Shown piece after piece: positions 36,192-44,307 of a stretch of 52,440 nucleotides of DNA (positions are counted from its first letter, which is position 1; the number at the start of each line of letters is the position of its first letter). Source of the DNA: an uncultured Bacilli bacterium (GTDB lineage: Bacteria; Bacillota_I; Bacilli_A; RF39; UBA660); contig CANRCO010000001.1 of the NCBI GenBank assembly GCA_947629125.1, positions 1 through 52,440 of the forward strand, given 5' to 3'. A program made the position numbers and the translations under genes. The notes beneath the pieces are model-generated. The model was not told the origin of the DNA. It did no database searches and saw only the letters and a program-made list of their open reading frames with translations.

Positions 36192-36908
36192 CTATTTTTT
36201 CTTTCTTTTCATTCGCTTACGAATAACAATTATTGTGATTACTAAAATTATAACAACTAAACTGATTATTCCAATTAAAATATATTTAAAGTTATTAGCT
36301 TGTTTTTGTTCTTTTGTTGTTTTATCTTTTTGCTGTTCATCTTTATATTCATTAACTTTATTAAAAAATGTATCTTCATCAAAATCGCTAGTTACATAAC
36401 GATTACAATAATATAACTTATCTAATAAGCCATCACAAATAATATAACTAGAATTAACATTATATTTAGGAGTTGTTAAATATAGTGTTTTTAAATTATT
36501 TATTTGACAACTATCAGTACTTAAAGAAATGTTAAATGTATAAGTATTTACTTTATTTTGAGAAAGAAAATTTAAATCATAAATTTTTGTAGATATTTTT
36601 CCTTGATTGTTTCTATCATAACTAAATAATTCATTGTGATTATTTTTTTCAGAACGCATAGTAACTACCATACCTTCACTTAAATTTTCAATTGTTATAT
36701 TTAATACACGATTTTTGGCATAAATAACCTCATCATCAACTTGAGAAATAATTGTATTTAAATCATCTTCAATTGTTATATCATAATTAACTTTAACTTT
36801 ATTTACTAAAGCATCATATTTAACTTTATCGCTATTAGAACACTCCGCATAAGCTACTATCGGTAAAAAAATAAAAAGTAAAATAAGTAAACTATATCGT
36901 TGTTTCAT
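36192..36908 (-). CDS. Signal-peptide protein with a C-terminal TM anchor and basic tail; partner of the 1421-aa protein
   Basis: 238 aa. N-terminus MKQRYSLLILLFIFLPIVAYA. C-terminus IGIISLVVIILVITIIVIRKRMKRKKK. Its stop lies 9 nt upstream of the next start. Confidence 0.8.
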   Translation of the reverse strand: MKQRYSLLILLFIFLPIVAYAECSNSDKVKYDALVNKVKVNYDITIEDDLNTIISQVDDEVIYAKNRVLNITIENLSEGMVVTMRSEKNNHNELFSYDRNNQGKISTKIYDLNFLSQNKVNTYTFNISLSTDSCQINNLKTLYLTTPKYNVNSSYIICDGLLDKLYYCNRYVTSDFDEDTFFNKVNEYKDEQQKDKTTKEQKQANNFKYILIGIISLVVIILVITIIVIRKRMKRKKK

Positions 36909-37022
36909 TTTATCCTCCTACCTTATAAAATAATTATACAACAAAACTTTATTAAAAGGTAGAAAAAATACGAAAAAATGCTAATTTATGATATGATAAA
37001 TGAATAAGAAAGGAATCTTTTT

Positions 37023-38135
37023 ATGGAAATAATCGGAATAATTTGTGAATATAATCCTTTTCATAATGGTCATATTTACCATTTAAAAAAAATTAAAGAA
37101 ATGTATCCTCATTCTTTAATAATTTTAGTAATGAGTGGTTATTTTACTCAAAGAGGAGAAATATCTTTATTAACTAAAGAACAAAAAGCTAAAATTGCCC
37201 TAAATAATAATATTGATATCGTAATTGAATTACCAACTTTATTAACTGTTCAAAGTGCCGATATATTTGCAAAAAATGCTCTATATTTATTAAATAAATT
37301 AAAGGTTAATAAAATTATTTTTGGTAGTGAATGTAATGATGTAAAAAAATTAGAAAACATAGTTGATATCGAATTAAATGACCCCGAGTATAATAATCGA
37401 ATTAAAAAGTATTTAGCCGAAGGCTATAATTACCCAACTAGCATGAGTAAAGCTTTAAATACTAAAAGTATCACTACTCCCAATGATTTACTAGGAATTT
37501 CTTACATTAAAGAAATTAAAAAAAATAATTATGACATTAAATATGAAACAATTAAAAGAACTAGTAATTTCCACGATTTAAGTTCAAATGATTTAATAAT
37601 TAGTGCTAGTAATATACGCAGTAAATTAATAGATAAAAAAGATATTAAACCTTATTTACCTAGCGAATCTTTAAATAATTTAGTAACTATTAACCAAGAT
37701 ATATTTTTTACTCTTTTAAAGTATAATATTATAACCAATTCTAATTTAGCTAATAATTTAATCGTTGATGAAGGTATTCATAATAAATTAATTAAATGTG
37801 TAAATAAAGCTTCTTCTTTAACTGAACTAACTGATTTAATTAAAAGTAAACGATACACTTATAATCGAATTAATCGTATGTATATTCATATTCTTTTAAA
37901 TATATTAAAAAGTGATATAACAACAATTGATTATCTAAAAATCTTAGGTTTTAATACCCAAGGTAAAAAATATTTAAATAAACTAAAAAAAGAATTAGAT
38001 ATTAGTTTAATACCTAATTATGATTCAAAAATATATCAAACAGAATTAAAATCTAGTTTAATTTATGATTTAATAACTAATGCAAATACTTATCAATATG
38101 AAAAGCAAAATAAACCAATTATTTTTGACATTTAG
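37023..38135 (+). CDS. tmcAL: tRNA(Met) cytidine acetate ligase (TmcAL, UPF0348/YlbM family)
   Basis: 370 aa. GIICEYNPFHNGHIYHLKKIKE is the characteristic nucleotidyltransferase HxGH-type N-terminus of this family. Confidence 0.8.
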   Translation: MEIIGIICEYNPFHNGHIYHLKKIKEMYPHSLIILVMSGYFTQRGEISLLTKEQKAKIALNNNIDIVIELPTLLTVQSADIFAKNALYLLNKLKVNKIIFGSECNDVKKLENIVDIELNDPEYNNRIKKYLAEGYNYPTSMSKALNTKSITTPNDLLGISYIKEIKKNNYDIKYETIKRTSNFHDLSSNDLIISASNIRSKLIDKKDIKPYLPSESLNNLVTINQDIFFTLLKYNIITNSNLANNLIVDEGIHNKLIKCVNKASSLTELTDLIKSKRYTYNRINRMYIHILLNILKSDITTIDYLKILGFNTQGKKYLNKLKKELDISLIPNYDSKIYQTELKSSLIYDLITNANTYQYEKQNKPIIFDI

Positions 38136-38937
38136 GACAAAAGTATGTACTTCGTCCATTAACTTTTATTCTTTTAATTAAACTACCACACACTAAACAT
38201 GGTTCATTTTCTCTTTTATGAACTTGTAAATAAGCTTGAAAACGTCCAGTTACTCCAAGACTAGAAGTATAACTCTTTATAGTAGTTCCACCCATTTCAA
38301 TAGCTTTTTTAATTATTTTTTTACTAGACTCAATAATATTAGCACAATCTTCTTTAGTTATATCACTACCCTTTTTCAACGGATTAATTCGACTTGCAAA
38401 TAAAACTTCATCAGCATAAATATTACCCAAACCACTAATGATTGTTTGGTCTAGTAATAAAGTTTTTATCGGTAACTGTTTATTTTTAAATTTATTTAAG
38501 AGATATTCAGGCGTTAATTTTTCACTAAAGGGTTCATACCCTTGTTTTTTAATAGCTTCAACATTTAAATAATCTTCTTTTTTTACTAAATTCATTCGCC
38601 CAAATTTACGCGTATCATGGTAACGTAAATCACTACCATCATTAAAAGTAATTATAATGTGTTCATGCTTTTCAATCTTTTCATCTTTATTTTTTAAAAA
38701 GTATTTACCTTCCATACGTAAATGACTAAGCAAACAATAATCATTTAAATCAAAAATTAACCATTTACCAATTCGTCCAATATCAATAAATTCGCGCCCA
38801 ATTAAAATATTTTTAAAATCTTTAATATCTGATTCAATCATTTTAGGATAAAGAATTTCAACATTAACAATTTTTTTATGTAAAATTCTTTGTTTTAAAG
38901 TATTTCTTACCGTTTCTACTTCCGCAATTTCTGGCAT
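38119..38937 (-). CDS. mutM: Formamidopyrimidine-DNA glycosylase
   Basis: 272 aa. It has the MPEIAEVETV N-terminus with catalytic Pro2/Glu3 and a C-terminal zinc finger CLVCGS..FCPKC. Confidence 0.95.
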   Translation of the reverse strand: MPEIAEVETVRNTLKQRILHKKIVNVEILYPKMIESDIKDFKNILIGREFIDIGRIGKWLIFDLNDYCLLSHLRMEGKYFLKNKDEKIEKHEHIIITFNDGSDLRYHDTRKFGRMNLVKKEDYLNVEAIKKQGYEPFSEKLTPEYLLNKFKNKQLPIKTLLLDQTIISGLGNIYADEVLFASRINPLKKGSDITKEDCANIIESSKKIIKKAIEMGGTTIKSYTSSLGVTGRFQAYLQVHKRENEPCLVCGSLIKRIKVNGRSTYFCPKCQK

Positions 38938-38946
38938 AATATCCTC

Positions 38947-41526
38947 CTATTTAGCTAAGTACCAGTTAATACCTGTATCAATACTTATTTTTAAAGGTAC
39001 TTTTAAATTTACAATATTTTCCATGACTTCTTTAGCAATATGAGCAACTTTAGCTTGTTCTTCTTTTAAAACATCAAATATTAATTCATCATGAACTTGT
39101 AATATCATAATTGATTTAATATTTTCTTGTTTAAATCTTTTATCAATCTCAATCATAGCCATCTTAATAATATCAGCACTAGTTCCTTGAATTGGTGTAT
39201 TAAGCGCTATTCTTTCACCTTGTTGACGCACCATATAATTTTGATTATACAATTCATCTATTTTTCTTTTTCGATTAAATAAAGTTGTAACATAACCTAA
39301 TTCATAAGCCTGTTTAATAGTTGAATCCATATAATTTTTAACCCCGGGATAAAGTTCTAAATATTTATCAATAAATTTTTTAGCTTCTTTCGGATTTATT
39401 TCTAAATTTTCACCTAAACCAAAACCACTAATTCCATAAATTATTCCAAATATAACTGCTTTAGCAGTACTACGCATTTTTTTATCAACTAAATCTTCGC
39501 TAATACCATGAATATCAGCAGCTACTTTCGTATGAATATCTTGGTCATTTTTAAAAGCTGCAATTAATTCTTTACTTTCCGATACATGAGCTAAAATACG
39601 TAGTTCAATTTGAGAATAATCAATACACATAATCAAATCATTTCGAGGAATAAAAGCTTCTCTTATTTTTTTACCTTCATCTTTACGAGTTGGAATATTT
39701 TGTAAATTTGGTTCAGTAGAACTTAACCTACCAGTTCTAGTGTAGTTTTGTTTAAATATAGTATGTATATAATTATTATCATCGACATAATTTTTTAAAC
39801 CATCAACATAAGTACTTAATAATTTTGTGTTTTCTCGATATTCTAATACTTTTCTAATAATTGGATGAACATTAATTAATTTTTGCAAAGTTTTAATATC
39901 AGTTTTATAACCTTTTTTATTGTGTTTACCTTGACCTAAAGCTAATTTATCAAAGATAACTTCTCCTAATTGTTTTGGACTAGCAATATTAAATTCACAA
40001 CCGGCATAAGTATATATTTCTTGTTGTAAAATAGCTATCTTTTCTAATAATTGCACTTTCATTTCATCTAATTTATTAGTTTCTACTTTTAAACCAGCTA
40101 TTTCCATATTAGCTAAAACACGAATTAAAGGCATTTCCACATCAAAATATAAATCTAATACTTTATCTTCTTTTAATTTATTAATATAAAAATCATAAGT
40201 ATCTAAAATATATTGACTTTTTAATGCTATTTCTTTTTCTAATTTACTAGTTAAAACAAAATTAGTTTTCTTTAAATCAGTTAAAAAAGTAACATCATAA
40301 TTATCTGGTTTCATTAAATAAGCAATATCATCTTTTAAATTATAATTTAATAAATCAATAGCATTCATTAAATCAAAAGAAACTTTAGGTAATTTAACAT
40401 CTAACTTATTTAATAAAACAATCGCCTTTTTTAAATCATACGTATATATCTTTTCATAATTTAAATTATTAACAACATCTTTTATTAATTCCGGTACAAC
40501 AAAATAACTGTTATTTTTATCAGATATACCCATACCTACAATATTACCAAAATGATAATTTTCATTATCACATTCTAAATAAAAAGAAATAGGACTTTCT
40601 AATTTTAAATTGTTAGCATTAGTTAAAATTGTATAATTAAATTCTCTTTGTTCAACGTGTTTGGCAATATCTATATTTTTTAATAATGAATAAAATTCTA
40701 ATTCTTCATAAATTTTAATTAATTCTTCATTTATTTGTGGTTCATATTTTAAATCTTCCAAATCAAGATTTAAAGGAACTTCTTTATAAATTGTAGCAAT
40801 GTCTTTACTCATAAAAGCATTATCGCGGTCAGTAATTAATTTTTCTTTTACTTTTCCACTAATTTTATCAATATTGTCATAAATATTTTCTAAAGTATCA
40901 TATTCTTTTAATAACTTTAAAGCAGTTTTTTCACCAATTCCTTTAACTCCCGGAATATTATCTGAAGAATCTCCCGCTAAAGCTTTTAAATCTATTACGC
41001 GAATTGGTTTTATCCCGTAATCTTGTTCAAAGGTTTCTGGATTATATCTTATGTAATCATGAGATTTTAGTAATTTAATATCAACTTCATCACTTAATAA
41101 TTGTAATAAATCTTTATCACTTGAAATAATTGTTGCTATAAAATCGGGGTCAACTTCCGATTGGTGAGCTAATGTACCAATTATATCATCTGCTTCATAT
41201 GGTTCTAATTCTAAAGATTTAATTCCCATTGCTTTTAATATTTTTTTAGCATAAGGAAATTGCATTATTAATTCATTAGGAGTTTCAACCCGACCATCTT
41301 TATAAAAATCATATTTTTCTTTACGAAAATTTTTTCCTATATCAAAAGCAACTGCAATATAATTAGGTTTTTCTTCGGCAATTATCTTATTCATCATTGT
41401 TACAAAACCATAAATAGCATTAGTTGGAAAGCCTTTAGAGTTTTTCATCATATTACCACTATAAGCAGTTGCATAATAACTACGAAATACTAAGTTATTC
41501 CCATCAACTAAAATAAGCTTATTCAT
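38947..41526 (-). CDS. polA: DNA polymerase I
   Basis: 859 aa. It has a 5'-nuclease N-terminus (LILVDGNNLVFRSYYA). Polymerase motifs include DYSQIELRILAH, the RSTAKAVIFGIIYG segment and QVHDELIF. Confidence 0.95.
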   Translation of the reverse strand: MNKLILVDGNNLVFRSYYATAYSGNMMKNSKGFPTNAIYGFVTMMNKIIAEEKPNYIAVAFDIGKNFRKEKYDFYKDGRVETPNELIMQFPYAKKILKAMGIKSLELEPYEADDIIGTLAHQSEVDPDFIATIISSDKDLLQLLSDEVDIKLLKSHDYIRYNPETFEQDYGIKPIRVIDLKALAGDSSDNIPGVKGIGEKTALKLLKEYDTLENIYDNIDKISGKVKEKLITDRDNAFMSKDIATIYKEVPLNLDLEDLKYEPQINEELIKIYEELEFYSLLKNIDIAKHVEQREFNYTILTNANNLKLESPISFYLECDNENYHFGNIVGMGISDKNNSYFVVPELIKDVVNNLNYEKIYTYDLKKAIVLLNKLDVKLPKVSFDLMNAIDLLNYNLKDDIAYLMKPDNYDVTFLTDLKKTNFVLTSKLEKEIALKSQYILDTYDFYINKLKEDKVLDLYFDVEMPLIRVLANMEIAGLKVETNKLDEMKVQLLEKIAILQQEIYTYAGCEFNIASPKQLGEVIFDKLALGQGKHNKKGYKTDIKTLQKLINVHPIIRKVLEYRENTKLLSTYVDGLKNYVDDNNYIHTIFKQNYTRTGRLSSTEPNLQNIPTRKDEGKKIREAFIPRNDLIMCIDYSQIELRILAHVSESKELIAAFKNDQDIHTKVAADIHGISEDLVDKKMRSTAKAVIFGIIYGISGFGLGENLEINPKEAKKFIDKYLELYPGVKNYMDSTIKQAYELGYVTTLFNRKRKIDELYNQNYMVRQQGERIALNTPIQGTSADIIKMAMIEIDKRFKQENIKSIMILQVHDELIFDVLKEEQAKVAHIAKEVMENIVNLKVPLKISIDTGINWYLAK

Positions 41527-41578
41527 TTTTTACCACCTATAACTAGTATAACACAGATTTGCCAAGAGAAAAAAATTT

Positions 41579-43238
41579 TTAAATAGATAATTGAAATGGA
41601 GCTTCTTTAGAACCATCACCTGCAGTAATTTTGACATTTGATTTTAGATATAAAACCGGTCGCACTAGAAAACTATTCGAATTAGCGAAAACATAACCTA
41701 CATGACCATCATAATCTACACGATAGGCAGAATACCCTAAATCCGCAGATGGAGTTATCATCCATTGTTCATATTTTTCATTCCATAACCAATCTTTTAT
41801 ATAGCATTTTTCTAAGGTATTCATATAATTATATAATGTTGTATTTAAACATTCTTCCCTTGTTTTAGTTTCACCACCGTTTGTTGCAAATCCATAATCA
41901 CTTGGATACATTAAACCAATATAGCCTGTCCAAGTTATTAGTCTTGATAATCCATTACTACTATAAATATTCTTACTTCGTTCTACATCATAATATTGTT
42001 TTGCTATTAGCATTTGATAATCGTATTCACTATTATCGTGTTTATTTGGACCTCCTAAATAGAATAGAGCTTTATCAATGTATTTTTTACTCTCATCAGT
42101 TAAACCATTACTACTAAAATCACTTTGTTCTTCTGTAAAATTGGTTTTAGTTGCTTGAGCTGGCTTATAGCCTTTTGTTCTATTAAAATAACTTCCTATT
42201 CCTTTATAGATTGTTTGACTTTTTCCATCTTTTGCTACTGTTACTGCTCCATCTTCACTTATTGAATAGTTTGATTTATCTGTTTCTTTCCAATTCTCTT
42301 GTACTACATCTTTAGGATTTAGCATCATCATGAGTTGACTATCTGTCCAATCATTACTTCCATTATTGTTTGTTGAAGAACCTACTCCGTTTTGTTTACT
42401 ATCCCATTTAAATTCTCCTAATAATTCTGCTCTTATTAGTTTAACACGACTTTCTTTTTTGTCTTTACCATCTTCGACATTATTCATTATTCCAATAATA
42501 AGCCATTTCTCTCCATTGAAGTCAACATAGTTGTTTGGGTCTGCTCCGATATATCTCAAGTTGTTATCGCTTGTTTCATCATAAGCTAATTCTTCATTAT
42601 CTTCACTGATGATTCTAATGTAATCACTTGCTAGTATATTCTCTCTTTTGATACTATCTATCTCTATTTTACTTTCAAAGGTATTATTTTGTTCTAATTC
42701 ATTAAAACTAGTATTTTCATCTAGCCAGATTTTTAAATTTAATTGCTTACTATTATTAGCATCTATTTTTACTGTTGTTAAATGTTTGCCTATATTATAA
42801 TCTTTATTTGTTGTTTCTCTATCTAATAAATTATTTAAATTATTTGGTTCAATTATTTTTTGATTGTTATATAGTAATGTTGCTCTAATATTCTTTTCAT
42901 TTAATGTATTGTTTTTATTTATATCTAAGTTTACTTCCACATATTCTTCATGATTACAATTATTTTGAATTGTAAATGTATAACCTTCTTGTTTTAAACC
43001 ATCAACATCTGGTGTTTGGTAGGCATTCTCTATATTTATATTTGTTCCTTCAGTTACATCTAGTTTTAAACACCCACTACTTATTTTATTTATACTTGTT
43101 TGTTCTTGTGTTGTACTCCATAGGGCATAACTTATTCCACTTATTATTAGTACTCCTACTAATACTCCCAAACAAGCTAATATCTTCGGGTACTTTTGTT
43201 TATTAAAATACCCCCCCCCGATTTACGTTATGATTCAT
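41579..43238 (-). CDS. Secreted two-domain protein, paralog D; the ATG (43236-43238) is out of frame with the body because of a C9 tract
   Basis: The ORF as sequenced is 41579..43171 with a TTG-initiated call. The upstream ATG frame reads MNHNVNRGGVF*. With one C fewer it reads MNHNVNRGGYFNKQKYPKILACLGVLVGVLIISGISYALWSTTQ..., a complete signal peptide like the other paralogs. Family motifs present: IIGIMNNVEDG, IGLMYPSDYGFATNGG, VRPVLYLKSNVKITAGDGSKEAPF. Confidence 0.8.
43211..43219. repeat. Homopolymeric tract C9 (G9 on the coding strand)
   Basis: It is read directly: positions 43211-43220 are ccccccccc followed by g. I noticed no other G/C run longer than 5 anywhere in the window. Confidence 0.95.
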
Positions 43239-43264
43239 AGTTTCTTACCTCTCTATCTTTTTTT

Positions 43265-43292
43265 ATTATAACAAAATATTACTTTATAGCAA
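43265..43292 (-). promoter_or_regulatory. Candidate promoter with extended -10 for paralog D
   Basis: On the minus strand: TTGCTA (43287-43292), a 16-nt spacer ending in TGT, then TATAAT (43265-43270), giving TGTTATAAT. The RBS AGAGAGG lies 8-9 nt before the ATG at 43238. Confidence 0.5.
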
Positions 43293-43337
43293 AGAAAAAA
43301 TAAAGAACTTTTGACATCTTTTGTCGAAGCTCTTTAC
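43293..43337 (-). terminator. Candidate terminator insulating paralog D from the upstream remnant
   Basis: An imperfect long hairpin has outer stem aaagaactt / aagctcttt and inner stem gaca / tgtc (43302-43335). On the minus strand it is followed by ATTTTTTCTTTG. Confidence 0.45.
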
Positions 43338-43346
43338 TTTAATTTT

Positions 43347-43898
43347 TTAATCTATTATATCCAAATGACTACCTATATCGTTTGAATTTGGTAATTTATT
43401 TTGTATTTCTTTTGCCAATTTATCAAGTATTTTATACTCACTAACTCCAACTGGCTTATTAATAAATTTCAATGTATAATCTACTATTTTATTACTTTTA
43501 AAATACTATCTGACCATCCTTCTTCAAGGCATTTATGCATATACCATTTACGTATTTCCTTATCTTTAACTTTTTGCATTAAAGTAATGTTTCCAAGGTA
43601 ATTGTGCAACCAGTTGCACAAATTCATCATTATCATACTTATATTCATTATAAAAAGATTTCATGTATTTCAAATTACGAACCGAAAATCCTTTTAAATT
43701 GGGAAAAGATATTTTTAACTCCATTGCAACATTATCAATAAATTTATTTCCCCAATTACTATTTTCTTCTAAAGTTTTACCAATATTATAATATAAATTA
43801 ACCAACTTTTTATTTGCATCATGCATAATTTCAAACTGTGTGTTAATTATTGTATTTTTAATACTATTTGCTACTTCTTGAAATGATTTGTCTATCAT
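43347..43898 (-). pseudogene. DUF1016 / YhcG-type PD-(D/E)XK nuclease pseudogene (frameshifts plus internal deletion)
   Basis: The 110-aa ORF carries WGNKFIDNVAMELKISFPNLKGFSVRNLKYMKSFY...VQLVAQLPWKHY, the DUF1016 N-terminal domain pattern. A second frame continues KVKDKEIRKWYMHKCLEEGWSDSIL. A third frame reads VDYTLKFINKPVGVSEYKILDK...LPNSNDI, like the extreme C-terminus of the family. The ~150-aa nuclease core is absent. Confidence 0.6.
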
Positions 43899-44102
43899 GA
43901 TGTATCTCCTTTGTATGATATATTATAACAAATAAGTAATAAATTTTGTATCAATTACATAAATATTTCCTAAAAATTAATTCAAAGTTTTGAGTTAATA
44001 TCTATAAAACCTTATAAAACTTAGTAATACACAAAAATGAAAGAGTTTCTGCTATCTTTTCAAAGTTTTGGTTTAAAATTCTGCAGTAAGGTTGTAATAA
44101 TT

Positions 44103-44171
44103 ATGAAAGAAAAATATTTCTATCAAATTATTATCTTATTTTTATTATTAATAATTATAATTTTTAAATGA
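44103..44171 (+). CDS. Speculative 22-aa hydrophobic peptide ORF (MKEKYFYQIIILFLLLIIIIFK)
   Basis: ATG at 44103 and TGA at 44169-44171. A weak AAGG lies about 12 nt upstream. The same frame stays open back to an ATG at 44037 (44 aa). Such I/L/F/K ORFs arise easily by chance in AT-rich DNA. Confidence 0.2.
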   Translation: MKEKYFYQIIILFLLLIIIIFK

Positions 44172-44199
44172 GAAAACCACCTAATTTAGTTTAGGTGGT
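44166..44199 (-). terminator. Candidate lon terminator
   Basis: 9-bp stem accacctaa (44176-44184) / ttaggtggt (44191-44199). On the minus strand it is followed by TTTCTCATTT. Confidence 0.45.
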
Positions 44200-44203
44200 A
44201 CAC

Positions 44204-44250
44204 AACGTAGTCACCTGAGCTTATCTCAGCTGTTTCTACGTTTTTATTAT
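44204..44250 (+). terminator. Compound GC-richer hairpin plus T-run on the plus strand
   Basis: Outer stem aacgtag (44204-44210) / ctacgtt (44236-44242) and inner stem ctgag (44215-44219) / ctcag (44225-44229), followed by TTTTTATTAT. Confidence 0.4.
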
Positions 44251-44307
44251 ATGTTATTTTCATTTTTTTATCAACAGTAAATTAAATCAAATTTTTATAC
44301 TGTTAAC

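Noticed and set aside
43169-43171. The ORF-track TTG start of paralog D (MGVLVGVLIISG...) as the genuine start codon.
   Set aside because: It would remove the basic n-region that all other paralogs have. It has no RBS at the right distance, whereas the out-of-frame ATG at 43238 has both an RBS and a promoter. The frame break maps exactly to the C9 tract.
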